DNA from: an uncultured Chloroflexia bacterium
GTDB taxonomy: Bacteria; Chloroflexota; Limnocylindria; Limnocylindrales; CSP1-4
NCBI GenBank assembly: GCA_963734535.1
Contig: CAVTHS010000010.1
Coordinates: forward strand, 32,001-96,000
Reading direction: 5' to 3'
DNA length: 64,000 nt
The notes below the pieces were generated by a model. That model did no database searches. It was given only the letters and a program-made list of their open reading frames with translations, and was not told where the DNA came from. Shown here in pieces: positions 48,965 through 59,043 of this stretch (position 1 is its first letter; every line of letters starts with the position of its first letter). The position numbers were made by a program, and so were the translations under genes.

Positions 48965-51512
48965 TCAGAGCAGGCTCTCCGGGTCCACGTCCACCGACCA
49001 CGGCGGCCCCGGGTCTCCCCCGAGCAGCGCCAGCGGATCGGCGCCGCGGAGCACCAGGTTGAAGCGCCAGCGTCCCCCCCGGCGTGGCACGTACGCGGGA
49101 GCGGGTCCCGCGATCGAGATCGGCGAGGGCATGCCGGCCGCCCGCGAGCGGAGCAGCTCCGCCATCGTTCGCCCCTCGGCCCGGGCCGCCTCGCGGTCCT
49201 CGGCGCCCACCGTGAGCTTGACCGTCCTCCCGAACGGAGGCGCGCCGAACTGCTCGCGCAGGGCAAGCTCGGCGAGGTAGAAAGCGTCCGCGTCGCCGGC
49301 CACGACGGCCCGGATGGCCGGATGGTCGGGCTGGTACGTCTGGATCACCGCGCGTCCCCGCCGCTCGCCGCGGCCCGCGCGCCCGATCGCCTGGACCATG
49401 AGCTGGTAGGTCCGCTCCGCGGCACGCTCGTCGGGCAACGTCAGCGCGATGTCGGCCGAGACGATGCCGACCAGCGTGACCTCGGGCACGTCGAGGCCCT
49501 TCGTCACGAGGCTGGTCCCCACCAGGACATCGAGCCGTCCTTCGCTGAACGCATCGATCAGCCGCTCGGCGGCGCCGCGGCGCTCCACGACGTCGCGGTC
49601 GAGCCGCCCGACCCGGAGACCCGGGAAGCGCGCCTTCACTTCGCTCTCGAGCCGTTCGGTCCCCCCGCCGAGGAACCGGATCCGGGGCGAGCCACAGGCG
49701 GGGCATCGCGCGACCATCGGGGCGGCGGCGCCGCAGTGATGGCAGCGCAGCGTCATGCCGGCCTGGTGATAGACCAGCGGGCGCGTGCACTCCGGGCAGG
49801 CCTGGACGTGACCGCAGTCGCGACACAGGACCGCCGAGGCGGCGCCTCGCCGGTTGATGACCAGGATCGCTCGTTCCCCCGCTCCCGGGTCCAGGGCCGC
49901 GATCAGGGCGGCGAGGCGCTCGGAGACGAGGCCCCGGTTTCCGGCCGCCAGCTCCGCCCGCAGGTCGACCAGCTCCACGGCCGGTGCGGCCCCCGCCGCG
50001 CGATCCGCCAGGGTGCACCGCCGGTACTGGCCGCGCCGGGCGCGCCCGTACGTCTCGACGGAGGGCGTGGCGCTCCCCAGGATCACGGCGGCGCCCGCGA
50101 GGCGGCCCAACGTCACCGCCAGGTCGCGCGCCTGGATTCGCGGCGTGCGATCGCTCTTGTAGGCCGCGTCGTGCTCCTCGTCCACGATCACCAGGCCCAC
50201 GTCGGGCAGCGGCGCAAGGACCGCGATACGGGTCCCCACGACGACCTCGACGGCGCCGGCGCGAATCCGTCGCCAGGAGTCCGCGCGCTCGCCCTCCCCG
50301 AGGCCCGAATGAAAGATCACGACCTCGGCTCGCAGGTCCGCGCGAAGGCGGTCGACGAGCGGGAGCGCGAGCGCGATCTCGGGCACGAGGATCAGCGCCG
50401 GGCGGCCTGCCTCGAGCGACGCGGCGATCGCCTCGGCATAGACGGCGGTCCTGCCCGAGCCCGTCGGTCCGTCGAGGAGGAGCGGCGTCGGCTCCCGGGC
50501 CGCGATGGCCGCGACGGCGATGCGCACCGCAGCCGCCTGGCTCGGCGTGAGGTCGGATCCCGCCGGACGTGCGCCGCGGCGTCCCGCTCGAAGGCGCTCC
50601 GCAAGCGGATCGCGGTGCATCTCGCGCGTGGCGAGGGCCACGAGGCCGCGCCGCGACAGTGTCGTGGCGACCCCCTGGCCGTGGCGGCCCGCGAGATCGG
50701 GCGCCGGGATGCCCGGATCGTCGAGCGCGAGGCCGGCCAGCTCGCCGAGGAGCGCCCGCTGCCGCGGCCCGACCGGCCGTCCGTCCGGGGGCCGCGAGCC
50801 GCCGACGACCGAGCGCCCGGCGTCGGTGAGGCGGACAAGGCGCTCGTGGCGCGGCCCCGCTCCGGCAGCGCTCAGCGTCCACTCGAGGTGGACCCGGCCC
50901 TCGTCCTCCAGGGCCCGCAGGCGCCGGAGAAGCGCCGCCCGGCCGTCGGACGCGGCCAGGTCCCGGACCGCCCGCGGGCCTCCCGCGAGCGCCTCGAGCA
51001 GGTCCGCGGTCGCGCGATCCCGGCCGCCCGCCGCGGTCGCGCCAGGTGGACTGGTCGCCCCCGGGCGGGCTCGTCGCCCCGGGTGGGTCGAGCGGCGTCG
51101 CCACGAGCTCGAGCTTCTCGAGGAGCCCGGGCGGGAGCATCGCCCTGATCGCGAGCGCCGGCGGCGCCAGGTAGTGCGCCGCGATCTCCCGGGCGAGCGC
51201 CAGCGCGAGCGGTGGCAGGAGGGGCCCGTCAGCGCGCACGCGCGCCCCGAGGGGTCGGGCCGTGGCACTCTCCGGGGCGGGAGCATCGCCGAGCACGATC
51301 CCCACCGCTCGCCGGCGGCCCCATTCGACGAGGACGGGCTCGCCGGCGGCGACATCGGCAAGCTCGTCCGGCACCAGGTAGGTCCAGGTCCGCGTGCCCG
51401 CGACGCCGGCCGCGTCGACCGCGACCTCGACATGCCGCGGGGAGCCGGGAGCGGCGACCAGCCCAAGGTCGACCCGGTCGATCGCCGCGTCGGACGGCGC
51501 GACCTCGCTCAT
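48965..51512 (-). CDS. priA: Replication restart protein PriA (apparent +1 frameshift near 51060)
   Basis: N-terminal TWTYLVP..GEPVLVEWG; GSGRT, LVPEIAL, DEEHD, CRDC/CPEC/CHHC/CPAC zinc region, KGLD, GRAGR. Confidence 0.93.
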
Positions 51513-51516
51513 TGGC

Positions 51517-52185
51517 CTAGACGACGACGCGGCGGTCGGCGTGCTTCGTCCGTTCCGCGCGGATGATCGCGTCGATCTGTTCGGCCGTCCGCTCCACCTG
51601 GCCGTCCTCGTTGAGGACCACCTCGTCGTAGTCGCCCTGCCGGGCGAGCTCGATCGCCGCGTTGCGCTGGCGAATCTCCAGCTCGCCGGCCGACTCCGTC
51701 GCCCGCGAGCGGAGGCGCCGGAAGAGCGCCTCGAGCGACGGCGGCACGACGAACACGAGGAGCGCATCCGGGACGCAGGCCTTGACCGCGGCGGCGCCCT
51801 GCACGTCGATCTTGAGGATCACGTCGTGGCCGGCAGCCAGCGCCCGGCGGACCTCGGCGCGCGGCGTCGCGTAGAGGTTCCCGTGGACCTCGGCCCACTC
51901 GAGAAACGCACCTGCGTCGCGGAGCGCACGGAAGCGCTCGCCGGACATGAAGTGGTAGCTCCGTCCGTCGACCTCCCCCGGCCGCGGGACCCTGGTCGTG
52001 CACGTGACCACGTAGTGATAGTCGCGATCACGCGGCCGGACGCGCAGGGCGTCGATGATCGTGTCCTTGCCCACGCCCGACGGGCCCGAGACCACCACGA
52101 GCAGGGCGCCCGGGGCTCCCTCGCTCGGCGCGCCGAAGAACGGGTCGTCGGTGTCCGGGGCGGACCCCAGGCGCCGCTCGGTCAT
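51517..52185 (-). CDS. gmk: Guanylate kinase
   Basis: SGPSGVGKDT, TTRVPRPGEVDG..YHF, EWAEVHGNLY, IDVQGA. Confidence 0.96.
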   Translation of the reverse strand: MTERRLGSAPDTDDPFFGAPSEGAPGALLVVVSGPSGVGKDTIIDALRVRPRDRDYHYVVTCTTRVPRPGEVDGRSYHFMSGERFRALRDAGAFLEWAEVHGNLYATPRAEVRRALAAGHDVILKIDVQGAAAVKACVPDALLVFVVPPSLEALFRRLRSRATESAGELEIRQRNAAIELARQGDYDEVVLNEDGQVERTAEQIDAIIRAERTKHADRRVVV

Positions 52186-53144
52186 CGAGCGTGACCGAGG
52201 TCGGGTCCGGCGGTCCCCGGCGCGCCGGTGGCGATGGCGCGGAGCAGGTCCAGGACACGGTCCAGCGCCTCCGGGAGCGGCGCCTCGACGCGGACGAGGT
52301 CGCCCGTCCCGGGCGAGGCGAAGACGATCCGCCAGGCGTGCAGGAAGAGCCGCTCCAGGCCGTCCGGGCCGCGGCGCGACGTCCCCGTCCCATAGACCGG
52401 ATCGCCGGCGACGGCGTGGCCCAGCGCGGCGAGGTGGACCCGGATCTGGTGCGTGCGGCCCGTGACCAGGTCGACTTCGAGCAGGGTCCAGCCCCGGAAC
52501 CGCTCGCGGACCCGGTACCCCGTCACGGACGGTCGTCCGTCGGGAACCACGGCCATCCGGGTCCGCTGCCGCGGGTCGCGCCCGATCGGGGCCTCGATCC
52601 GCCCGGCGGCGGCCTCCACGTTCCCGTGCACGAGCGCGAGGTACGTCTTCTTCACGCGGCGCGCCTTGAGCTGGGCCATCAGGCTCGCCTGCGCCGCATC
52701 GGTCTTGGCGACCATGATCAGGCCGGACGTGTCGCGGTCCAGGCGGTGAACGATCCCAGGCCGGGCGACGCCCGCGATCCCCCCGTATTCCGTGTCCCGG
52801 GCCAGGAGCGCGTTGACCATCGTCCCGCTCCAGTGACCGGGCGACGGGTGAACGACGAGCCCGGCTGGCTTGTTCACGACGAGGACGTCCGCATCCTCGT
52901 AGAGGACCTCGAGCGGGATCGCTTCGGGCTCGACGTCGGGCGGCTCCGCGGCGGGCACGAACAGATCCAGCGCATCGCCTGCCCGCACGAGGGATCGGGC
53001 CTTCAGGGTCACCCCGCCGATCGTGAGGTGCCCGTCCGTGATCAGGCGCTGGACCCGGCTCCGCGAGAGGCCCGAGAGGTCGGAGGCGACGCGGTCCACG
53101 CGCCCACCCGAGCCTTCCGGGACGACCAGGCGGAGCTCCGTCAT
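52182..53144 (-). CDS. rluD: RluA/RluD family pseudouridine synthase with S4 domain
   Basis: NKPAGLVVHP, HRLDRDTSG, TGRTHQIRVH, GDPVYG. Confidence 0.93.
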   Translation of the reverse strand: MTELRLVVPEGSGGRVDRVASDLSGLSRSRVQRLITDGHLTIGGVTLKARSLVRAGDALDLFVPAAEPPDVEPEAIPLEVLYEDADVLVVNKPAGLVVHPSPGHWSGTMVNALLARDTEYGGIAGVARPGIVHRLDRDTSGLIMVAKTDAAQASLMAQLKARRVKKTYLALVHGNVEAAAGRIEAPIGRDPRQRTRMAVVPDGRPSVTGYRVRERFRGWTLLEVDLVTGRTHQIRVHLAALGHAVAGDPVYGTGTSRRGPDGLERLFLHAWRIVFASPGTGDLVRVEAPLPEALDRVLDLLRAIATGAPGTAGPDLGHAR

Positions 53145-53686
53145 CCGGCAATCCAGGGGCGGCGGCTCGACGGCCAGAAGGCCATCAGGATCAGCAGGAC
53201 GAGCGCGGCGCTGATCGCCGCGTCCGCCACGTTGTACGTGTAGAACCGAAGGTCGCCGATGCCCATGTTGACGAAGTCGACGACGTAGCCGACCCGGAGC
53301 CGGTCCGCGAGGTTGCCCACGGCGCCCCCCAGGAGCAGCCCCAGCGCGAGGGTCGCGAACCAGCCGTTCGTGACCACCGACCGCCCGTGGAACCAGACGA
53401 TCAGGCCGACCACGCCGATGCTGAGCGCGGCGAACAGGTACGCCTGGTTCCTGAAGAGCCCGAAGAGGGCGCCGCTGTTCTGGACGGGCTCGATCCTGAC
53501 GAAGTCGCCCATGATCGGCATCCGGGCGCCGAACGCGACCGTGGCGAGGACCCACTGCTTGACGAGCTGGTCGACCACCACGATGCCGCCGGCGAGGGCG
53601 AGGAACGCCGCCCAGTGGTGCGAGATGCGGTCCGGTGCCCGGGCCGGGATCTGGCCCGGCTCGACGGACGGGACAGCGTCATGCAT
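53141..53686 (-). CDS. lspA: Lipoprotein signal peptidase (signal peptidase II)
   Basis: DQLVK, NSGALFG, GAVGNLADR, VVDF, YNVAD. Confidence 0.95.
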   Translation of the reverse strand: MHDAVPSVEPGQIPARAPDRISHHWAAFLALAGGIVVVDQLVKQWVLATVAFGARMPIMGDFVRIEPVQNSGALFGLFRNQAYLFAALSIGVVGLIVWFHGRSVVTNGWFATLALGLLLGGAVGNLADRLRVGYVVDFVNMGIGDLRFYTYNVADAAISAALVLLILMAFWPSSRRPWIAG

Positions 53687-56600
53687 TCGCGGGCTCCGGG
53701 CGCTCGACGCGGGCCACGCGGCGGAGCGCGATGTTCGCCTCGCCCCCGGAGAGCTTCACGCTCGCCTGGGCCCAGCCGGCCGGCGGTACGCCCAGCGTGA
53801 CGCCGTCGGCGAGGGTCTCGGCGGCGACCGCGTCGAGGAACGGGCGGATCCGGGCGGCGTCCGGGCCGAGGTCCGCGACCAGCTCGATCCGGTCGGCGAG
53901 CTCGAGCGCCGCATCGCGCCGGAGGTCCTGCACGGCTCGCTGGATCTCCCGCGCGTCGCCCTCGGCGCGCAGCGCAGGCGTGAGCTCGGTGTCGATCACG
54001 ACCACGAGCCCCTCGTCGTGCGCGACCGCGGTGCCCGGCCGCGGCGAGGCGAGAATCTCGACCTCGTCCGGCGCCAGAACGACGCCCGCGAGGGCAACGC
54101 TGCCGTCGGGGCGGACCTCGAAGGCGCCCTCGCGCGCGGCGGCCATGACGGCCGGGATCGCAGCGCCCAGCTTCCTGCCGATCCGCGGCAGGAGCGGCTT
54201 GACGCGCCGCTCCACGAGCTCCGACTCGTCCCCGATCCGGATGACCTCCTTGACATTGACCTCGTCGCCAATGACCTCGAGGAGCGCATCGAGGTCCGGG
54301 TGCGCGGTGCCGGGGAGCGCGATCCACAGCCGCGCGAGCGGCTGGCGCGTCTTCAGCCCGGCCTGCGAGCGGAGCGTGCGAGCCAGCTCGACCGCGCGCT
54401 GAGCGTGGGCGGTCGCGGCCTCGAGGGCCGCGTCCCGCAGCGGAGCGAGCTCCGCTGCGGGCCAGCGGGTGAGGTGGACGCTCTCGGGCGCGTCCAGGCC
54501 AGCCGCCACGACGAGGTTCTGGTGAATCGCCTCGGTCAGGAACGGGAGGAGCGGCGCCATCACCCGCACCAGCCCGCCGAGCGTCGCGTGCAGCGTCGCG
54601 AACGCCGCATCGCGGTCGGCCAGGTCCTCCGAGCGCGAGAAGCGCTTCCGGTTCCGGCGGAGGTACCAGGTCGAGAGATCGTCGATGAAGCCCGAGATGG
54701 TGCTCGCGGCGGCGTCCGGGTCGTAGTTGGCAAGGCGATCCTCGACTCGTTCCGCGACGCCGGCGAGGCGCGAGAGGATCCAGCGGTCGAGCGGCGGCCG
54801 GCCGGCCACGCGCACCGGGTCGGGGGCAGTGGCCTCGTCGGCACCCGGCGACCAGCCCGCCAGCCGCGCGTACGTGACGAGGAACGCGTACACGTTCCAG
54901 AGGACGAGCAGCTCGCGGCGCGCCTCGTCGGCCGCGTGCCAGCCGAAGAGGATGTTGTCGTCGGGACGGGCCTTGGCGTACATCCAGCGCATCACGTCGA
55001 CGCCCATCCGCTCGGCCGCCTCGTCGAACTCGATGGCGTTGCCCCAGCTCTTGTGCATGGGGCGACCATCCTCGCCGAAGAGCGTCGCGTAGCCGAAGAT
55101 CGTGGTGAAAGGGGCCTCGCGGCGCAGGACCGTGCTCATCGCGAGCATCGAGTAGAACCAGTTCCGGAACTGGCCCGGGAAGCTCTCGGTCACGAAGTCC
55201 GCCGGAAACCAGTCCTGCCAGAAGGCCGGGTCCTCGCGGTAGTGGAGCGTGGAGAACGGCACGATCCCGGCGTCGAGCCAGGGGTTCCCCACGTCGAGGA
55301 TCCTCGACACGGGCGCCCCGCAGGTCGGACAGGCAATCCGGACCGCGTCCACGTAGGGGCGGTGGGACGTGTGCCCCTCGAGCTGGTCCCAGCCGTCCAC
55401 GGCCCGCGTGCGCAGCTCCTCCCGGCCGCCCACGACGTCGAAGGTCCCGCAGGCCGCGCAGTCGTAGATCGGGAGGGCCAGCCCCCAGTAGCGCTTCTTG
55501 CTGATCATCCAGTCGTGCATGTTGAGCAGCCAGTCGAGCTCCCTTTCGTACCCGAAGGACGGCAGCCACCGGATCCGGTCCACCACGTCCATGATCTGGT
55601 AGCGCAGGCTCGCGTCCACCTGCTCCTTCGAGAGCTGGTCGCGCGGCACGTCGTAGACCGGGCCCATGCTCACGAACCACTCGTCCACGAGGCGGAAGAC
55701 GAGCGGCGTGCCGCAGCGCCAGCAGTGGGGGTAGCGGTGGACGATCGGCTCGAGCCGGTAGAACAGCCCGTGATGCCTGAGGTGCTCCACGACCGGTTCG
55801 ACGCTGTCGCGGACGTCGCGCCCGGCCAGGAACCCGAAGCCCTCGATGAAGATCCCGCCCTCGTCCAGCGGGGCGAGCATCGGCAGGCCGAGCGCTTTCC
55901 CGAGGGCGAAGTCCTCGGCGCCGCACCCGGGCGCGATGTGGACGATCCCCGTTCCCTCGTCCTCGCCGACCTCGTCCCACGGGATCACCCGGTGCTCGTA
56001 CGGGCCGTCGTCCGGGCGGCGACCCGCGAAGGCGGCACGGACGGCCGGGAGGTCGTCGAACGGCCCCCGATAGCGCCAGCCCACGAGGTCGGAGCCCGGC
56101 CGCTCCTCCACGATCTCGAACGGCCCGACGAGCGCCTGGCGCAGCGTCCCCCGTCCCAGCCAGAGGAGGCTCTCGCCCTGGCGCACCTTCACGTAGCGAA
56201 GCTCGGGGCCGACCGCGGCGGCCACGTTGGAGGTAAGGGTCCAGGGCGTCGTGGTCCAGGCCAGGAGCGCCTCGCCCGGCCGGTCCAGCAGGGGCAGGCG
56301 GACAGTCAGCCCCGGGTCCGTGCGGTCGGCGTACCCCTCGGTCATCTCGTGCTGGCTGATCCCGGTTCCGCAGCGCGCGCACCATGGCATCGTGTCGTGG
56401 CCCTTGTAGAGCCAGCCGCGCCGGTGGCACTCCGCGAGAAATCCCCAGATCAGGTCGTTGTTCTCGTTGCTGAACGTGAAGTACGACCCGCCGAGCTCCG
56501 GCATCCCGAGCCGGCCGACGAGCATCTCGACACGGTCGGTGACGGGTCCCTGCGGTCCGCTGAGGGTCGCCTCCTGCGCGGGATCCGCGCCCAGCAGGTC

Positions 56601-57062
56601 GCGCAGCCGGCGCAGCTCGTCCGGATCGTTCCAGTCCATCCAGTAGCCAAGCCGGATCGACTGCTCCGTCTGGCGCGCCGCGAAGGTGAGCACGCGCTGC
56701 TTGCAGAGACGCACGAACTCCGCGATCCCGTGCTCCTCGATATCACGCTTCGAGGTGAAACCGAGGTCGCGCTCCACGTTGACCTCTACCCACAGGCCCT
56801 GGCAGTCGAAGCCGTTCTGCCAGCGCTGGTCCTCGCCGCGCATGGCGTGGAACCGCTGGAAGACATCCTTGTAGGTGCGACCCCAGGCGTGGTGCACGCC
56901 CATCGGGTTGTTGGCCGTGATCGGCCCGTCGAGGAAGCTCCAGCGCGGCCCGCCGGCGTTCTGGGCGCGCAGACGGGCGAACGTCCGGCGCTCGCGCCAG
57001 AGGGCGAGGATCTCGTGCTCCTGGGCAACGAGGTCGGGCTTGCTGGCGACGGGTGCGAACAT
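53679..57062 (-). CDS. ileS: Isoleucine--tRNA ligase, type 2
   Basis: FLDGPITAN, GFDCQGL, WTTTPWTL, GTGIVHIAPG, YPHCWRC, DWMISKKRYWG, MHKSWGN, WYLRRNR; C-terminus of type 2 (no zinc finger). Confidence 0.95.
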   Translation of the reverse strand: MFAPVASKPDLVAQEHEILALWRERRTFARLRAQNAGGPRWSFLDGPITANNPMGVHHAWGRTYKDVFQRFHAMRGEDQRWQNGFDCQGLWVEVNVERDLGFTSKRDIEEHGIAEFVRLCKQRVLTFAARQTEQSIRLGYWMDWNDPDELRRLRDLLGADPAQEATLSGPQGPVTDRVEMLVGRLGMPELGGSYFTFSNENNDLIWGFLAECHRRGWLYKGHDTMPWCARCGTGISQHEMTEGYADRTDPGLTVRLPLLDRPGEALLAWTTTPWTLTSNVAAAVGPELRYVKVRQGESLLWLGRGTLRQALVGPFEIVEERPGSDLVGWRYRGPFDDLPAVRAAFAGRRPDDGPYEHRVIPWDEVGEDEGTGIVHIAPGCGAEDFALGKALGLPMLAPLDEGGIFIEGFGFLAGRDVRDSVEPVVEHLRHHGLFYRLEPIVHRYPHCWRCGTPLVFRLVDEWFVSMGPVYDVPRDQLSKEQVDASLRYQIMDVVDRIRWLPSFGYERELDWLLNMHDWMISKKRYWGLALPIYDCAACGTFDVVGGREELRTRAVDGWDQLEGHTSHRPYVDAVRIACPTCGAPVSRILDVGNPWLDAGIVPFSTLHYREDPAFWQDWFPADFVTESFPGQFRNWFYSMLAMSTVLRREAPFTTIFGYATLFGEDGRPMHKSWGNAIEFDEAAERMGVDVMRWMYAKARPDDNILFGWHAADEARRELLVLWNVYAFLVTYARLAGWSPGADEATAPDPVRVAGRPPLDRWILSRLAGVAERVEDRLANYDPDAAASTISGFIDDLSTWYLRRNRKRFSRSEDLADRDAAFATLHATLGGLVRVMAPLLPFLTEAIHQNLVVAAGLDAPESVHLTRWPAAELAPLRDAALEAATAHAQRAVELARTLRSQAGLKTRQPLARLWIALPGTAHPDLDALLEVIGDEVNVKEVIRIGDESELVERRVKPLLPRIGRKLGAAIPAVMAAAREGAFEVRPDGSVALAGVVLAPDEVEILASPRPGTAVAHDEGLVVVIDTELTPALRAEGDAREIQRAVQDLRRDAALELADRIELVADLGPDAARIRPFLDAVAAETLADGVTLGVPPAGWAQASVKLSGGEANIALRRVARVERPEPANA

Positions 57063-57164
57063 CGGGCCTCGGAAGCGGGTCTCTGGGCCGGGGGAGCACG
57101 AGCGTCACGTGCCGGCCCGGTCGGCCTTCACAGGGCCTCGGACACGCCCCACGGAGGTTCCCCG

Positions 57165-57171
57165 TATCCTA
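57165..57171. promoter_or_regulatory. Candidate bidirectional promoter for ileS and the LCP gene
   Basis: Plus-strand TATCCT (57165-57170, 7 nt before the LCP ATG) overlaps minus-strand TAGGAT (57171-57166). Confidence 0.5.
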
Positions 57172-57177
57172 CCCGCG

Positions 57178-58971
57178 ATGCAGCAGCAGCAGGAAGCACG
57201 GCCGCGGGCACGCCCGCGAGCACGGTCCGCGTTCACCGCGGCATTCCTGAGCCTCATCTTCCCGGGGCTCGGCCACGCCTATGCCCGTGCGTGGTACCGG
57301 GCGGTAGCGTTCGCGGCGGCCCCGTTCCTGCTCCTTGCCCTCCTCGCCGGCGCGCTGATCAGCTACAACATCGAGGTCCTCGGCGTTGCCCTGCAGCCGC
57401 CGGTCCTCATCGCGATCCTCGTCGGGAACGTCGTCGCGTACGGGTACCGGATCGTCGCCGCGGTCGACGCCTACCGGGTCGTCCGCTACCTGAACCGCGT
57501 GTCGGACGGCGGGGCCGGCCGCCTCGGGCCTGCCCGCGCGAGCCTTGCCCCGATCTCGCTCGCCGGCCTGCTCGCGGTGATCCTGGTGATGGGCGGCGCC
57601 CACGCCGCCGTGGCGTACTACGACCTCCAGGCACTGACCGCGGTCCAGAACATCTTCAATCCGACCGACACGGGTGCGGGGCCCGGCGTTTCGCCGGCAC
57701 CGGGCGCGACGGGAGCCGCCGGTGCCACGGCGAGCCCGGAACCGTCCGTGCCCGCCCCATCGGTCGGGGCGAGCGCGGCGCCGTCCCTCGTCCCGTGGAA
57801 CGGGACCGGCCGCCTCAACGTGCTCCTCATCGGGACCGACAAGCGGCCCGCCGAGGGGACCTGGAACACGGACACCCTGATCGTGGCGAGCATCGACCCG
57901 GCCTCTCACCAGGTCGCGATGTTCAGCCTCCCGCGTGACACGGTGGGTGTCCCCCTGCCGCCGATCCCGGCCCGCTCGACCTTCGGTGCGACGTACAACC
58001 TCAAGATCAACTCGCTCTTCCTGCAGGCCCGGGCACGCCCCGACCTGTTCCCCGGGGGCGGATATGAGGCGCTGAAGGACACGCTCGGGTACCTGTATGG
58101 GATCCCCATCAGCTATTTCGTCGAGGTCGACTTCAGCGGCTTCAGGACGGTCGTGGACGCGCTCGGCGGCGTCACCGTGAACGTCCAGGTGCCGGTCGTC
58201 GACGACTACTACCCCGGGGACAAGGGCACGCTCCGGGTCTATATCCAGACCGGCGTCCAGCATATGACCGGCACCCAGGCGCTGATCTACGCTCGCTCCC
58301 GCCACGGCTCGAGCGATTTCGACCGTGCCTCGCGGCAGCAGCGCGTCCTCCTGTCCCTGCGCCAGCAGGCCGACTTCGCCACCCTGATCCAGCGCCTGCC
58401 CGATCTCGTCCAGAGCACCTCGCGGGCCGTCAAGACCGACTTCCCGATCGCCAAGCTCCCGCAGCTCATCGACCTCGCCAGCCGGATCGACATCGGCAAC
58501 ATCCGGTCGTTCGTCTTCTCGCCGCCGTACTACGGGATCGAGGGGTACCCCGGCGGCATCTACACGCTGAGCCCGAACGTCCCGCGCATCCGGGCCGCCG
58601 TGGGCAGCGCCTTCGACTTCGACCCGCGCGTGGAGGCCCAGCGGCAGTCGGTCGCCCAGGAAGGCGCCCGCGTCTGGGTCCTCAACGGGACGGGCACGAA
58701 CGGGACGGCAGCCGCCGTGGCGGGCTACCTCGACTTCCGGGGCGTGGCGGCATCCGCGCCCAACCAGCGGCCCCCGGCGGGAAGCGTCCCGGCCGCCACG
58801 ATCGTCCGGGTCTACAACGGTGCCGGGGCGAAGATGCCGCTGACGCTGGCCCTGCTCAAGGACGTCTTCGGCGTCGCGGTGGTGCCGGTGACCGACCCCG
58901 CGGTCAAGGTCGACGTCATCGTCACGACGGGAACCCGGACGCCGACGCTCGAGGCGCCCGCCATCCCCTGA
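57178..58971 (+). CDS. LytR-CpsA-Psr (LCP) family cell-wall glycopolymer ligase with LytR_C domain
   Basis: N-terminal TM helices, NVLLIGTD, NTDTLIV, SLPRD, KINS, YARSRH..SDFDRASRQQ, C-terminal VLNGTG. Confidence 0.92.
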   Translation: MQQQQEARPRARPRARSAFTAAFLSLIFPGLGHAYARAWYRAVAFAAAPFLLLALLAGALISYNIEVLGVALQPPVLIAILVGNVVAYGYRIVAAVDAYRVVRYLNRVSDGGAGRLGPARASLAPISLAGLLAVILVMGGAHAAVAYYDLQALTAVQNIFNPTDTGAGPGVSPAPGATGAAGATASPEPSVPAPSVGASAAPSLVPWNGTGRLNVLLIGTDKRPAEGTWNTDTLIVASIDPASHQVAMFSLPRDTVGVPLPPIPARSTFGATYNLKINSLFLQARARPDLFPGGGYEALKDTLGYLYGIPISYFVEVDFSGFRTVVDALGGVTVNVQVPVVDDYYPGDKGTLRVYIQTGVQHMTGTQALIYARSRHGSSDFDRASRQQRVLLSLRQQADFATLIQRLPDLVQSTSRAVKTDFPIAKLPQLIDLASRIDIGNIRSFVFSPPYYGIEGYPGGIYTLSPNVPRIRAAVGSAFDFDPRVEAQRQSVAQEGARVWVLNGTGTNGTAAAVAGYLDFRGVAASAPNQRPPAGSVPAATIVRVYNGAGAKMPLTLALLKDVFGVAVVPVTDPAVKVDVIVTTGTRTPTLEAPAIP

Positions 58972-59043
58972 CCCGGATCGCGCCCGCCGGCGCGATAGGT
59001 TGCCTGCCGCGTCAGGCCCGTGCGCCCGTCGGGGCGCGACCGC

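Noticed and set aside
29480-51090. Programmed frameshifting or phase variation in ftsY and priA
   Set aside because: Runs are only 4-5 nt with no slippery heptamer, and similar indels occur across unrelated genes, so consensus error is the simpler explanation.
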